From an uncultured Aminicenantes bacterium (lineage in GTDB: Bacteria > Acidobacteriota > Aminicenantia > UBA2199): a stretch of DNA of 64,000 nucleotides. This document shows positions 18,477 through 30,071 of this stretch, one piece after another. The DNA lies in the NCBI GenBank assembly GCA_965195285.1, contig CBDAFS010000031.1:96001-160000 (forward strand). Reading direction: 5' to 3'. The notes beneath the pieces are model-generated. The model was given only the letters and a program-made list of their open reading frames with translations, was not told where the DNA came from and searched no databases. The first letter of the stretch is position 1, and each line of letters starts with the position of its first letter. A program made the position numbers and the translations under genes.

Positions 18477-19565
18477 ATGAAGGTACTTGAGCCCCTGACA
18501 TTGAAATCTCATGAGTTGATCAATCGTTTCATCCGATCTGCTACCTGTGAATATATGGCGGATGAAAAGGGCGTACCGGAAGATAGATTCGTGGAACTTT
18601 ACCGTCAACTGGCATCCGGAGGAATCGGAATTGTGATTTCCGGATATGCCTATGTGATGCCCAATGGCAAATCCAATCCCGGGCAATCTGCAATTTGTTC
18701 TGATGAATTGATTCCAGCCTGGAAAAAAGTCACCCGGATATTTCAGGATTCGCCCTCATTGTTTCTGCTTCAGATTGTTCATGGCGGGAGACAGGTCCGT
18801 CCCAAGCATCACCAGGGATCCATATGGGCTCCTTCGGCGGTTCCGGACCATGCCTATAAGACCCGGCCCCGGGAAATGACTGTTGCCCAGATCGAAGAGG
18901 TGGGTGAGGCTTTTATCCAGGCTGCGGATCGGGCCAAGAAAGCCGGATTCGATGGTGTCCAGCTGCATGTGGCACATGGTTATTTGCTGAGCCAGTTTAT
19001 TTCTCCCTATACCAACCGGAGAAATGATGCCTATGGGGGGGATCAGAAAAAACGAACACGGCTGGTTGTGGATATCATAAACGGTATAAAGAAACAGGTT
19101 GGAGATGAATTTATTGTTTCTGCCAAAATCAATGGGGAGGATTTTGTTCCGGGAGGCCTGAAACTCGAACAGGCTGTGGCTTCCGCCCGGCTGATGAAAA
19201 ATGCCGGCCTTGATCTTATCGAAGTTTCAGGTGGAATGGCAGAATCCAGGCTGGGGACGGTCAGGAGGGACATAAAATCCATTGATCAGGAAGGATATTT
19301 CCGGCAGCATTCCGGGATGATATGCCGGAAAGTTAAAATTCCCACTGCAGTGGTGGGGGGATTCAGAACCCTTTCCGTCATGGAGCAAACCATCAGTTCT
19401 GGTGAAGCCGATTTTATCAGCCTGTGCCGCCCCTTTATCCGCGAACCTCAGCTGGTTCTCCACTTTGAGAAAGCGTTACAAAAGCGGGCTTCATGTGTTT
19501 CCTGCAACCGCTGCTTCAATCCCCGGGGATTGAAGTGCTGGCAGCTCGATTTGAGAAAAATCTGA
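18477..19565 (+). CDS. NADH:flavin oxidoreductase (old yellow enzyme family)
   Basis: NRFIRSAT, QIVHGG, GFDGVQLHVAHGYLLSQFISPYTNRRND.YGG, C-terminal CVSCNRC. Confidence 0.92.
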   Translation: MKVLEPLTLKSHELINRFIRSATCEYMADEKGVPEDRFVELYRQLASGGIGIVISGYAYVMPNGKSNPGQSAICSDELIPAWKKVTRIFQDSPSLFLLQIVHGGRQVRPKHHQGSIWAPSAVPDHAYKTRPREMTVAQIEEVGEAFIQAADRAKKAGFDGVQLHVAHGYLLSQFISPYTNRRNDAYGGDQKKRTRLVVDIINGIKKQVGDEFIVSAKINGEDFVPGGLKLEQAVASARLMKNAGLDLIEVSGGMAESRLGTVRRDIKSIDQEGYFRQHSGMICRKVKIPTAVVGGFRTLSVMEQTISSGEADFISLCRPFIREPQLVLHFEKALQKRASCVSCNRCFNPRGLKCWQLDLRKI

Positions 19566-19590
19566 ATTTAAACAATTGTGTGAAAAGAGG

Positions 19591-19619
19591 TTGACATCGG
19601 GTATATTTTGTATTACCTT
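19591..19619 (+). promoter_or_regulatory. Sigma-70 promoter
   Basis: TTGACA-N17-TACCTT. Confidence 0.5.
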
Positions 19620-19648
19620 CGAAAACGGGTCGATAATGAAGGAGTCAC

Positions 19649-20605
19649 ATGCCTGAGGAAAAGACACCGGTTTCACTGCGGTTAAGGAATCTCTCCAAAT
19701 CTTACAGGGATATAAAAGCAGTGAGAAATTTGACTCTGGACATATTTAAGGGGGAAGTGTTCGGTTTTTTGGGACCCAATGGGGCCGGTAAGACCACAAC
19801 CATCCATATGATCTGTGGCTTGCTGAAAAGTGATTCCGGTGAAGTGTTCATCCAGGGCAAATCACTGAATCAATTTTACCGTGAATGCAAATCTTCACTG
19901 GGATTGTGCCCCCAGAACCTGATTGTCTGGGAAACACTGACATGCCTGGAACAATTAGAGTTCATAGGTAGGCAATACAATGTGAGTCAGAAGAATGTCA
20001 GGAAAAAAGTCTGTGAACTCCTGGAGTTGTTGGGGCTTTATGATAAACGACACAAGCTGGCCAAAACCCTGTCCGGTGGCATGAAGAGACGGTTGAATCT
20101 GGCCCTGGGATTGGTTCATGACCCGGATATCTTAATACTGGATGAACCCCAGGCCGGGCTTGATCCGCAGAGCCGAATACTGGTAAGGGAGTACATCCGT
20201 TCAATGGCCAGGCACAAAACCATTATTTTGACTACCCATGAAATGGTTGAGGCTGATCAGCTTTCCGATCGGATTGCCATTATTGATCACGGACAGCTGC
20301 TGGTTCTGGACACACCCGATGAATTGAAAAACCGCATGGGCCAGGGTAATATTCTGGAGATTAAACTTGCCCCTGGCCAGCATCAAAAAATTTCACCGTT
20401 TATTGAGCATCTGCCCCGGAGACTCCGGCATCTCTCTCTGCAAAATGATAGCCTGCATATGGTGGATACCGATATCCTGGGTATCTTGTCGGTTCTGATT
20501 GATAAACTCAGGAAGGGCAATATCAAAACCGAAGATGTTAAGATCCGGAAAAAGACACTGGAGGATGTTTTCATATCCCTGACCGGCAGGAGGCTTAGAG
20601 AATGA
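19649..20605 (+). CDS. ABC-2 exporter ATP-binding protein
   Basis: GPNGAGKTT, LSGGMKRRL, LILDEP, TTHEM. Confidence 0.95.
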   Translation: MPEEKTPVSLRLRNLSKSYRDIKAVRNLTLDIFKGEVFGFLGPNGAGKTTTIHMICGLLKSDSGEVFIQGKSLNQFYRECKSSLGLCPQNLIVWETLTCLEQLEFIGRQYNVSQKNVRKKVCELLELLGLYDKRHKLAKTLSGGMKRRLNLALGLVHDPDILILDEPQAGLDPQSRILVREYIRSMARHKTIILTTHEMVEADQLSDRIAIIDHGQLLVLDTPDELKNRMGQGNILEIKLAPGQHQKISPFIEHLPRRLRHLSLQNDSLHMVDTDILGILSVLIDKLRKGNIKTEDVKIRKKTLEDVFISLTGRRLRE

Positions 20606-21771
20606 GATTGCTAAGCCTGATCAAAAAGGCCTTGATTGAAAACTTCAGGGACTGGAAAATTATGGTCCTCATTTTGACTTTCGCCCCTTTTTTTGTTTTC
20701 CTGATGTACTTTTATTTCGGAGAGACCACCAAGGTTTACCGGATCACCGTGGTAAATCATGACCAGGGACTGCAGCGTGACAATGGAGAGTGGTTCCGGG
20801 CCGGAGAAGAACTGATTTCGGAAATGATGCAGATCCGTTCATCCGAAGGTAAAAACATGTTGAAAATTCATATGGAAAAGAACTTGAAAAATGCCCGGAA
20901 GCGGGTGGAGAACAGGTCCGCGGATCTGGTGGTGGAAATCCCCCGGGATTTCTCCCGGATACTTACGGATTATAAACAGGGAAGTCAACCCGATCCCGCC
21001 ATTGTGCGAACTCACGGTGACCAGTCCAACCTGGACTACCTGATGGCAGTGGTCTGGAGTGATGTCATTACCTATCAATATGCCAGCCGGGTAACAGGGT
21101 GGAAAGGTCCGCTCGACCTGCAGGCACTGCCCGTGGGAAATATGAAATTCCTTAATGAGTTTGACTTATATGTGCCGGGTTTGCTGGTTCTGTCGCTGAT
21201 AATGCTGATGTTTACCGCAGCGGCCTCGCTCATAAAAGAAAAGGATAAGGAAACCCTGGTCCGTCTGCGCATGTCCCGTATGACCACTTTTGAATGGCTT
21301 CTGGCCGTGAGTTTCACTCAGATCATTATCGGGCTTCTGGCCCTGGCCCTGACTTTTCTGTCTGCTCTGGCAGTGGGTTATGAAACCGGCGGATCTATAT
21401 TGGCCATGATGGTGGTGGGCCTGTTGTCATGCCTGTCGGTTATGGCCATCGGGGTCATTGTGGCAGCCTTTTTACGGACTGTTTTTGATCTCATGACCAT
21501 TGGCTGTTTTCCCTTTTTCATTCTGATGTTTTTTTCTGGCGGAATGTTTCCGCTTCCCCGCCTGAAGCTCTTTTTCCTGTTCGGTCATGCCATCAATGTC
21601 AATGATATCCTTCCGACCACCCATACTATCTCGGCCTTGAACCAGATACTGAATTTCGGGGCCAGCCTGGGTGATGTATTATTTGAGCTGGTAGCCATCC
21701 TCATCCTGACCGTGATTTATTTCTCTCTGGGAGCCTGGATTTTTACCCGGCGTCACATGATGGCTCGATGA
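20602..21771 (+). CDS. ABC-2 exporter permease
   Basis: N-terminal TM, periplasmic loop, 5 C-terminal TMs, EKDKETLVRL motif; ATGA overlap with the ATPase gene. Confidence 0.9.
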   Translation: MRLLSLIKKALIENFRDWKIMVLILTFAPFFVFLMYFYFGETTKVYRITVVNHDQGLQRDNGEWFRAGEELISEMMQIRSSEGKNMLKIHMEKNLKNARKRVENRSADLVVEIPRDFSRILTDYKQGSQPDPAIVRTHGDQSNLDYLMAVVWSDVITYQYASRVTGWKGPLDLQALPVGNMKFLNEFDLYVPGLLVLSLIMLMFTAAASLIKEKDKETLVRLRMSRMTTFEWLLAVSFTQIIIGLLALALTFLSALAVGYETGGSILAMMVVGLLSCLSVMAIGVIVAAFLRTVFDLMTIGCFPFFILMFFSGGMFPLPRLKLFFLFGHAINVNDILPTTHTISALNQILNFGASLGDVLFELVAILILTVIYFSLGAWIFTRRHMMAR

Positions 21772-21812
21772 ATTTTAAGATCGGCCGGAATCTTATTTTT
21801 TGGTGCAATCGC

Positions 21813-24800
21813 TTAGATAGCGGTTGAATCCTGGTTGGACGGTTTCTCATCCAGGACATCCCGGATTTTTTTTGATAATTCTTTTATATTAAAGGGTTTT
21901 TGAATGAATCCGTTACAGCCACGCTGGAGGAGTTCGCTGGCCTGGCCATCAACACTATATCCACTGGAAAGAAGAATTTTTACATTGGGATTGATTCCCT
22001 TAAGCCTTTCGAAAGTAACGCCCCCACTCATTTTTGGCATGACCATGTCCAAAACAACCAGATCAATTTCCTTTTTTCTCCCCCAGTAAATTTCAATGGC
22101 TTCCTGGCCACTTCGAGCCACAAAAACATTGTAGCCAAGACTTTCCATTATTTGTCCAACAACCTCAATCACGATCTCTTCATCATCCACCAGCAGTATG
22201 GTTTCGGTTCCGTAAACCAGATCTTCCTTGACCACCTTTTCTACCATCGGTTGTTTACTGGAAGCCGGAAGAAAAATATCGAAAGTAGAACCGATATCCA
22301 GTTCGCTATGTACGGTGATAAATCCGCCATGATTTTTTAAAATACCATAAACTGTTGCCAGTCCCAGTCCAGTACCGCGCCCTCTCTCTTTGGTGGTAAA
22401 AAACGGATCAAAAATCCTTTGTTTGGTCTCGTCATCCATACCTTTTCCGGTATCGGTTACTGATATTTTGACAAAATTTCCCGGTTCTATAAGATGGGGT
22501 TTTGTCTGGTTGTGATCCAGATAAACATTTCTGGTTTCAATCAGGATATCTCCGCTCTCCGGCATTGCCTGCCAGGCGTTTACAAACAGGTTCATGAAGA
22601 CCTGATCCATCTGACCCGGATCCACTTCAACCGTAGAGATGTTATCTTGATATTGAGCACGAATACCAATTTCCTTTTTGGTTCGACCAAACATCAATAC
22701 GTTATCTTTGACCAGGTTATTTATGTTGATTGGTTTGACCTCGAATTTTCCTTTTCTGGCAAAACCAAGTAATTGTTTGGTCAGATCCGCAGCATTCTTT
22801 ACATAATGTTCCATTTCCTTTAAATGATCTTTTGGGCTGGATTTTTTATCAAATCCAATTTGCATGAGCGAAACCCTTCCCTGGATTCCAGTCAGAAGGT
22901 TGTTGAAATCATGGGCGATACCACCGGCCAGAGTACCCAACGCTTCCAGTTTCTGTGCCTGTTGGATCATTTTTTCCATGTTTTTGCGTTCGGTAATATC
23001 TCTCAATATGCCCTGAACAGCAACTCCGCCTTTATATAAAATAGTGGTGACCGACGCTTCAACTTCCAATTCTTTTTGATCTGATGTGAGAGCGGTGTAG
23101 TTGAATTGTGATTCCGACTTTTTTTCATCAATGATCTGCTGGAATTTCCGTTCAACAGAATTTTTGCTCTTGAGTGAAATCAACTCCAGATAATCGAACT
23201 CGGGCCGACATACATATTCCTGACTGACACTAAAGAGTTGCCTGAATTTTTCGTTAATCAATTCGAATTTTCGGTTATGCAGAATAAAAATCGGATCATT
23301 GGAAGATTCTACCAGATGCCGGTATTTCTTTTCGCTGGCCCTTATCTCTTCCTCAGCGCGTAGTTTTTCTTCAATCTCCTGATTTAGCTTCAGATTTTTC
23401 CTCTTCAGCTCGTCAACTTTTTTTCTTATGGAATAAGTCCGGTAAAAATACAGTAAACCAATAAACAGCGAAGCAATTAACAGACCCAATAATCGGATCC
23501 AGGTGTTGGAAAAAAACGGAGGTGTGATGGAAATTCTTACAGCCGTACCTTTTTCATTCCATATTCCTTCGTTATTTGATGCTCGCACCCTGAAGGTATA
23601 TTCTCCCGGTGGAATTCCTGAATACGTTGCATGTCTCAGATGTTTGATGTAATTCCAGTTTTCCTCCAGCCCCTCCATCTTGATGGCATACTCATTTTTT
23701 TCTGGAAAAATGTAGTTTAATGCTGAAAAATTTAAGGTAAAAATATTTTCTTTATAGGAGAGATTAACCTCTGAATATTTCGAAGAAGACTTCCGGGATG
23801 AATTTGATTGGGTCCTGGATTGCCAGATCTGTATCGGTTTGTTGAATATTTTAAAATCCGTGATTATAACCGGGGGTATATACCGGTTGATTCGTACCTC
23901 ATAGGGATGAAAACAGTTCAATCCTCGAATTCCCCCAAAAAAAAGCCGACCTGACCTGGTTTTATAATGAGCACCGGTGTTGAAGGTGTTGGATTGCAAA
24001 CCATCTTGAAGTGTAAAGTTTCTTATGGTTTTGTTATCGATATCAAAATGGGATAATCCTTTCTTGGTACTCAGCCAGAGATTGTTTTTTGCTCCGGGAA
24101 GAATTCCGGTTATGATATTGTCAGGGAGTCCGTTATTTTTTGTGTAATGTATAAAGGTTTTATTCTTTTTTACAAATTGGTTCAACCCCTTGCTGGTACC
24201 GATCCAAAGACGCCCTTGTTGATCTTCCATTATTGACAATACCTCATTTATACTGAGGCTGTTTATGTCACCCGGGCTATATAAGTAGCGAATTGGAGGA
24301 AGAGTCGGATTGAAACATATTAATCCTCCACGGCTGGTTCCGGCCCAAATATTTTGGTTTTGATCCTGGTAAAGGACATTGATTTGGTCATCATTGAGAT
24401 CGTTCAATTGCGGAAATTGAGAAGTTATTGCGTTAATGGTCGAGTTTTCGATATCCATTTTAAACAGACCTTGATCTGTTCCCACCCACAGGTTGTTTTC
24501 ATTTTCAGCCAATAGGGCAGTTACCGATGTGCCTTTGAAATTAAATATGCTATCGAAGTCATATTCTTTAATTATGTGTCGGGTATTTCGACTCAATTTA
24601 TTGAGTTCCTGGTTTTCATTTTTTAGGCCCAGCCAAATAATATCGTTTTTTGTGTGGGGATTAATATAGATTACCTGTATGTTTCCTGTTGGACCGGATC
24701 TGGGAACTATGTTGACAAATTGATCGGTTTGGGGATCGAATCGATTAAGCCCCTTATACCCCCCGATCCAAATTTTTCCTTCAGGATCTTCGCAAATTGA

Positions 24801-25949
24801 GTGAACACTCGATATTTTCAGACTATTTGTACTTTCGGAAATATTCTGATACTTTCTGAATTTTTGCATGCATGGATTCCAGTAATTTAATCCACTGCTC
24901 CGGGTGCCAATCCATATAGTAAAGCTGCGATCCCGGTACAGGTGGGTAATGGTATCATGACTTAAACTATCCGGGTTAATGGGATCGCGATATTGATGGA
25001 AAAACAGGTTGCTCTTTTTATAAAAAATATCAATTCCTTTTTGCTGAAATCCTATCCAAATTCGTCCCATATTGTCCTCACAGATATAATTGACAAAATT
25101 ATCCGAAAGGCTGGTGGGATTTTTGGGGTTGTGGGTGAAATGAGAAAATGTTGATTCACCTGGCTTCAAACGATACAATCCTGAGCCCATTGTGCCGATC
25201 CATAGATTGTTTTCACTATCGACAAAGAGATCATTTGGATTTTTTATTTGATTGTTATATGCTTCTGAATCGATGATTTGAATGGATTGAGATTTAAGAT
25301 CACCTTTCTTTAAATGGAATAGCTCCTTACTCGAAGCCATCCAAAAATGACCTTTGCCATCCTCTACGATATCTTTTATGACTTGGCTGTTAATTTTTTG
25401 AATCTTACTCTGTTCAGTATCAAGAAAGTATATTCCTTGTCGGGTTCCCACCCAAAAATGATTGTCGTTATCTTCAAAAAGACAGGTGATATGTTCCTGA
25501 AATTTCCCCTTTCTTTTGCGATTGTTATAAGGGATGAAAAGTTCAATTCTTTCATGTTCTTTGCTAAAGCGGTACAATCCTTTTTCGGTTCCCACCCAGA
25601 TAGTACCGTTATGACTTTCCAGTATGGTGGTGATATTATAATTGGCCCATTTGATAGGGGTATTCGTATCTCTCGGAAATATATTAAAATCATATCCATC
25701 ATAACGATATAGCCTTTCGGTGGTAGCAAACCACATGAATCCGCTGGCATCCTGTAAAATTCCCTGTATTTTGCTTAAAGGCAGATCATCTGGAAGAGAA
25801 AGGTATTTGAATTGATGCTGGATTTGACCCTGATCAGAAGATCTTTCCTGGTTGTTGGATTCGAGGTTTATTGCAAATAAAAGAATAATAACCAGGGTAC
25901 TCAGTATTGCTCTCAAAAAGAAGAAAAATAAATTGTATACTTTTTTCAT
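21813..25949 (-). CDS. Hybrid sensor histidine kinase (beta-propeller/Y_Y_Y - TM - PAS - HisKA - HATPase - REC)
   Basis: Repeated D..G.LWIGT..GL blades, [49 protein letters not shown]. Confidence 0.95.
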   Translation of the reverse strand: MKKVYNLFFFFLRAILSTLVIILLFAINLESNNQERSSDQGQIQHQFKYLSLPDDLPLSKIQGILQDASGFMWFATTERLYRYDGYDFNIFPRDTNTPIKWANYNITTILESHNGTIWVGTEKGLYRFSKEHERIELFIPYNNRKRKGKFQEHITCLFEDNDNHFWVGTRQGIYFLDTEQSKIQKINSQVIKDIVEDGKGHFWMASSKELFHLKKGDLKSQSIQIIDSEAYNNQIKNPNDLFVDSENNLWIGTMGSGLYRLKPGESTFSHFTHNPKNPTSLSDNFVNYICEDNMGRIWIGFQQKGIDIFYKKSNLFFHQYRDPINPDSLSHDTITHLYRDRSFTIWIGTRSSGLNYWNPCMQKFRKYQNISESTNSLKISSVHSICEDPEGKIWIGGYKGLNRFDPQTDQFVNIVPRSGPTGNIQVIYINPHTKNDIIWLGLKNENQELNKLSRNTRHIIKEYDFDSIFNFKGTSVTALLAENENNLWVGTDQGLFKMDIENSTINAITSQFPQLNDLNDDQINVLYQDQNQNIWAGTSRGGLICFNPTLPPIRYLYSPGDINSLSINEVLSIMEDQQGRLWIGTSKGLNQFVKKNKTFIHYTKNNGLPDNIITGILPGAKNNLWLSTKKGLSHFDIDNKTIRNFTLQDGLQSNTFNTGAHYKTRSGRLFFGGIRGLNCFHPYEVRINRYIPPVIITDFKIFNKPIQIWQSRTQSNSSRKSSSKYSEVNLSYKENIFTLNFSALNYIFPEKNEYAIKMEGLEENWNYIKHLRHATYSGIPPGEYTFRVRASNNEGIWNEKGTAVRISITPPFFSNTWIRLLGLLIASLFIGLLYFYRTYSIRKKVDELKRKNLKLNQEIEEKLRAEEEIRASEKKYRHLVESSNDPIFILHNRKFELINEKFRQLFSVSQEYVCRPEFDYLELISLKSKNSVERKFQQIIDEKKSESQFNYTALTSDQKELEVEASVTTILYKGGVAVQGILRDITERKNMEKMIQQAQKLEALGTLAGGIAHDFNNLLTGIQGRVSLMQIGFDKKSSPKDHLKEMEHYVKNAADLTKQLLGFARKGKFEVKPININNLVKDNVLMFGRTKKEIGIRAQYQDNISTVEVDPGQMDQVFMNLFVNAWQAMPESGDILIETRNVYLDHNQTKPHLIEPGNFVKISVTDTGKGMDDETKQRIFDPFFTTKERGRGTGLGLATVYGILKNHGGFITVHSELDIGSTFDIFLPASSKQPMVEKVVKEDLVYGTETILLVDDEEIVIEVVGQIMESLGYNVFVARSGQEAIEIYWGRKKEIDLVVLDMVMPKMSGGVTFERLKGINPNVKILLSSGYSVDGQASELLQRGCNGFIQKPFNIKELSKKIRDVLDEKPSNQDSTAI

Positions 25950-26065
25950 TTAAAAACAAACACTGTTTCTGGTTTGGTCTGGTCTCCCTTACCTAATAAT
26001 TATTAATCTTATTTAGTGAATTTGCAACCTTTTTATCATTTTTTTTAAATTATCAAATTTCTTGA

Positions 26066-27187
26066 TCAATCAGCCCTTGGTACCTTTATCGAAAACTTGG
26101 AAACAGCCAGGTTTCCCTCTTCATCCTCGGTAGCAATAAAAAGCCACTGGTCCCATATAGTGAAAGTTTTGATGGACAGACCGTCTTCCACCTTCATCTC
26201 TGAGGTGTAAAGATATTTTCCCTGCGGGGAAAATATATCGATTGATTTACGGGACCTGCTTTCCGGTTCTGAAACAAAAATGTAGATCATTCCGTTTTTA
26301 TCGATAAACATATTGTAAAAATACGAGGCGGTTTCAGGCAGGCCATCAATGATTTTCTTAACCATATCCTGGGGCGCATCATTGAACTGTTTCCCCAATT
26401 CCTTTTTGTATTGATTGGATATTTTTTTAGGTTCCCGGTTCTCGATACAGAAGCTGTTAACAGGCTTTCCTTCCAGGTCCATGATATGGATCCGATACTG
26501 ACTGGTCATACCCTGGTATATTTTCCCATCATGGTATCTCACAATCATCAAAGGAGTGATGTCACCGATCACGATGGCAATCATGACCTTATTCCCCCGG
26601 TTTTCCTCAGAAACGGTTGCTTTTTTAAAGGGTGTAAATGTGGCAATGACTTTTTCTGCATTATCTTTCAAATTATACAATTTGATTTTGGCTTCGGGTT
26701 TTCTCGGGTTATCAATAGTGGCCGGGGCAGAGATGAAAACATCTTCTGAAACAAAAGTCTGGGGTTTTGTCTGAAAAGGATACGGAGCGGTTCTTTTAAA
26801 TTCCCCTTTGCGGGTGAAAAAGTGGACCCTTCCCCGGTCAACCACAATGATATTGTTTCCGATACTGAAAAGCTGTGCCCCCATCCGGAGATTTTTTATT
26901 TCACCCGGGCCTTCTCCCTTTCTGCCAAAGGCGGATATAAATTTTCCATTTTTGTCAAAAATAAAAATCTTGAAATTTTTAGCATCCAAAATATAGACCT
27001 TCCCATCTGGAGTGATGTCAATTTCTTGTATAGCACCGAACACATCGTTTCCGGCGGTTTCAATCTCCCACATTTTTTTCATCTGCAGGTTCCAGGAGCC
27101 TTTTTCAGGCTTATCTGGATTTATGATCTGGCCAAAAGTGAGACAACTGGCAATGATGAAAACCAGGAAAAATAAATTTTTTTTCAT
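26066..27187 (-). CDS. Secreted 6-bladed beta-propeller protein
   Basis: Signal peptide; NHL-like DGKVYILD..IFIFDKNGKFISAFGRKGEGPGE; DIFSPQGKYL. Confidence 0.85.
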   Translation of the reverse strand: MKKNLFFLVFIIASCLTFGQIINPDKPEKGSWNLQMKKMWEIETAGNDVFGAIQEIDITPDGKVYILDAKNFKIFIFDKNGKFISAFGRKGEGPGEIKNLRMGAQLFSIGNNIIVVDRGRVHFFTRKGEFKRTAPYPFQTKPQTFVSEDVFISAPATIDNPRKPEAKIKLYNLKDNAEKVIATFTPFKKATVSEENRGNKVMIAIVIGDITPLMIVRYHDGKIYQGMTSQYRIHIMDLEGKPVNSFCIENREPKKISNQYKKELGKQFNDAPQDMVKKIIDGLPETASYFYNMFIDKNGMIYIFVSEPESRSRKSIDIFSPQGKYLYTSEMKVEDGLSIKTFTIWDQWLFIATEDEEGNLAVSKFSIKVPRAD

Positions 27188-27374
27188 CTTTTTCTCCTAA
27201 AAAGTCATTAAAAATATGAATTGATATGTGATTTATTTGCATGGAGCAAACAGACAACATATTACCATGACGCCAACATTTAAGTTAAAGTTTATTCAGA
27301 GAGAATATCTTGGAATATTATATCATTATTCTTAATAATTACCAATTTGATTTTGGTTTTTTCTTTCTGTGGAA

Positions 27375-27403
27375 TTGACATTTTCAGGGGTGAGTTTTAT
27401 AAT
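27375..27403 (+). promoter_or_regulatory. Consensus sigma-70 promoter
   Basis: TTGACA-N17-TATAAT, exact. Confidence 0.75.
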
Positions 27404-27424
27404 CACCGGCAGTAAGGAGATAAC

Positions 27425-27934
27425 ATGAAATATTACCGGTTTATATGGGTTGTATTCGTTATGGTTTTTCTTGCTTCCTGCGCTTCCAAGGGTGTGATGA
27501 TCAACATCACCCCTTCGGAAGTGAAACTTTCTTCCTACAAATCCCTTTGGGTGAGCGTTTCGTCTGAGACTGCCAATGAAGATGAGATGAGAATGCTGGT
27601 AGACGAAGTGGTCAAAAAGTTGAAGTCGACAACCATGTTTGAGCAAATTTCAGGTCTCGAAGATTCAGCAACTCCGCTGGATCTGCATTTGAAACTGAAT
27701 ATTGTGGATGTCATCCGGGTGAGCATGCAGGACAGGGCTTTTGCCGGAGCCATACCGGGAAAGGCGAAAATTCTGGTTGATGGGGAGCTTATCGATACCG
27801 CATCCGGGAATTCAGTCGGGTCTTTCCGGGTGGAAGGGAAATCCTCCGGAGGTTCTGTGTTTGCCGGGGATACCCGCCAGGCTATTTTGCGGGCCTCTGA
27901 AATGATTATAGAATATATTTCTATAAATCATTGA
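27425..27934 (+). CDS. DUF4410-like lipoprotein
   Basis: Lipobox FLASC; RAFAGAIPGKAKILVDGELID pattern. Confidence 0.7.
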   Translation: MKYYRFIWVVFVMVFLASCASKGVMINITPSEVKLSSYKSLWVSVSSETANEDEMRMLVDEVVKKLKSTTMFEQISGLEDSATPLDLHLKLNIVDVIRVSMQDRAFAGAIPGKAKILVDGELIDTASGNSVGSFRVEGKSSGGSVFAGDTRQAILRASEMIIEYISINH

Positions 27935-28122
27935 TATTTGATATTATAATGGTTTGATTATTGTATTTCAGCCCTTTACCAGAAGCTCTGATATTTCCTC
28001 TATATTGCATTTGATTCACTATTCAGAGGCTACTGGATTCAAATCAAAATAGGGCAGGTAATCATCAATAGCCCCTATGTTTATAAAAATGGTTTTCATT
28101 ATCAAATAAATATATTTTTGTA

Positions 28123-28151
28123 TTGACAAAAGTAGAGATGAGAATTATCAT
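28123..28151 (+). promoter_or_regulatory. Sigma-70 promoter
   Basis: TTGACA-N17-TATCAT. Confidence 0.6.
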
Positions 28152-28214
28152 AGCCTGTTAAGTTCCTGACAGAGACGTCAAGACTGCAAAAAAAAAATTT
28201 GAAGGAGTAAGCTG

Positions 28215-29561
28215 ATGATAAAAACCGACATTGCCGTGATCGGGGGCAGTGCAGCCGGATTGACCGCTGCTATTACGGCACGACGTCATTACCCTGATAA
28301 GAAGATCACGCTTATACGCAAAGAAAAAAAGGTTTTAATTCCATGCGGAATCCCTTACATTTTCGGAACAGTTGGGACACCGGACAAGAATTTAATGCCG
28401 GATGCGGCACTTGAGAAAAACAATGTTGAGCTTATGATAAGCGAAGCAACCGACATAAACCGGGAGAAAAAGACGATTCTCACCAAAGACGGGGAGATCG
28501 GCTATGACAAGTTGATTATTGCTACCGGTTCCAAACCGGTCATGCCACCGATTCCCGGCTTTGAGCTGGAAGGGGTCTATGCGGTGGTCAAAGACATTGA
28601 TTATCTTTCCGCCCTGCAGAAAAAGCTGGAAACCGTCAAGGAGATTGTCATCATCGGGGGCGGTTTTATCGGTATCGAATTTGCGGATGAAATAAACAAG
28701 CTCGGGGGCAAGAATGTAACCGTGGTTGAAATTGCACCCCATTGTTTGAACCTGGCCTATGATGAAGAATTCTGTGAGGAAATGGAAAATCATCTGCGGG
28801 ATCGCGGGATCAATATACTGACTTCAACTAAAGTTGAGCGTATTGCCGGCAGGGAAAAGGTCGAGAAGGTTATCTTTTCCAATGGAGATGAAATAAAAGC
28901 GGATATTGTCATCCTGGGGATCGGGTCGGTTGCCCATAACGAACTGGCCAGGAAGGCGAAATTAAGGATCGGATTGACCGGTGGGATTGAAGTGGACCGT
29001 ACCATGAAAACTTCGGATGAGCATATCTTCTGCTGCGGCGATTGTGCGGAAAAGGTGTCGTTTTTTGGTGGTAAAGCGTCGCCTCTGAAGCTGGCTTCTA
29101 TTGCTTCCCTGGAAGCCCGGATTGCCGGAGCCAATTTGTATGGGTTGCACCGGGAGAACGGAGGTACCATCGGGGTGTGGTCAACCGCAGTGGGTGATCT
29201 GGCCCTGGCCACTGCCGGGTTAACCGAAGAAATGGCCAAAATGCTCGGTTATGGTATCGTGGTGGCCAAAATCGAGGGTCCCAACCGCCACCCGGGAATG
29301 ATGCCCGGAGTCAAATTGCACAAACTCAAGCTGGTTTTTGAAAAAACCACGGGAGTATTATTAGGGGGTCAGGTATTGGGTGGAGAAAGTACCGGGGAAA
29401 TATCGAATATCATTTCTGCCTGCATTATCTCCCGTATGACGACCAATGATATTTCCATGTTCCAGGTCGGAACTCACCCGGCTTTGACATCTTCACCGGT
29501 GGCATATCCCCTGATCAATGCGGCCGAGATGGCCATCGGGCAGATGAAAAAAACCAAATAA
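28215..29561 (+). CDS. FAD-dependent pyridine nucleotide-disulfide oxidoreductase (NADH oxidase/CoA-disulfide reductase family)
   Basis: IGGSAAG, redox Cys PCGIPY, IATGS, IGGGFIGIE, CGDCAE, C-terminal dimerisation domain THPALT. Confidence 0.9.
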   Translation: MIKTDIAVIGGSAAGLTAAITARRHYPDKKITLIRKEKKVLIPCGIPYIFGTVGTPDKNLMPDAALEKNNVELMISEATDINREKKTILTKDGEIGYDKLIIATGSKPVMPPIPGFELEGVYAVVKDIDYLSALQKKLETVKEIVIIGGGFIGIEFADEINKLGGKNVTVVEIAPHCLNLAYDEEFCEEMENHLRDRGINILTSTKVERIAGREKVEKVIFSNGDEIKADIVILGIGSVAHNELARKAKLRIGLTGGIEVDRTMKTSDEHIFCCGDCAEKVSFFGGKASPLKLASIASLEARIAGANLYGLHRENGGTIGVWSTAVGDLALATAGLTEEMAKMLGYGIVVAKIEGPNRHPGMMPGVKLHKLKLVFEKTTGVLLGGQVLGGESTGEISNIISACIISRMTTNDISMFQVGTHPALTSSPVAYPLINAAEMAIGQMKKTK

Positions 29562-29584
29562 ATGACCCTGTCCAGAGGTGGATT

Positions 29585-29995
29585 ATGTTAAAAATTTTAT
29601 TGATAGACGATGATTTGGATTGCATCGAGCCCCTGAAGATTGTACTGACTTCAGAGGGATTCGGGGTAGAAACAGCTTTATCTCCCCAGGAAGGAATCGA
29701 AAAGGTAAAACAGACAAACCCTGATCTGGTGGTCCTGGATGTCATGATGCCCAATGATTACGAGGGTTTTGAAGTGGCTAAGCATATACGGGAAAATTTG
29801 GGATTAAAGGAATTGCCCATCCTGATACTCTCCAATGTACACAATGTTAAAAAAGTTCCTTACCGGTTTGCCCCGGATAAGGATTTTTTACCGGTGGATG
29901 TTTTCATCGACAAACCGGTTGATCCTGATATTTTACTTGATACGGTGAATAAACTGCTTGGCGAAAAACGTGAAGATCCCAGGACCCCCCTATAG
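29585..29995 (+). CDS. Single-domain response regulator
   Basis: LLIDDD, LDVMMP, IDKPV. Confidence 0.9.
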   Translation: MLKILLIDDDLDCIEPLKIVLTSEGFGVETALSPQEGIEKVKQTNPDLVVLDVMMPNDYEGFEVAKHIRENLGLKELPILILSNVHNVKKVPYRFAPDKDFLPVDVFIDKPVDPDILLDTVNKLLGEKREDPRTPL

Positions 29996-30071
29996 AGGGA
30001 ATCTGATTTCCGGCATCATTCCATTATAACCCGGTGCAGGATCACTTCAGCTGTAAAATTTCAGATTTGGA

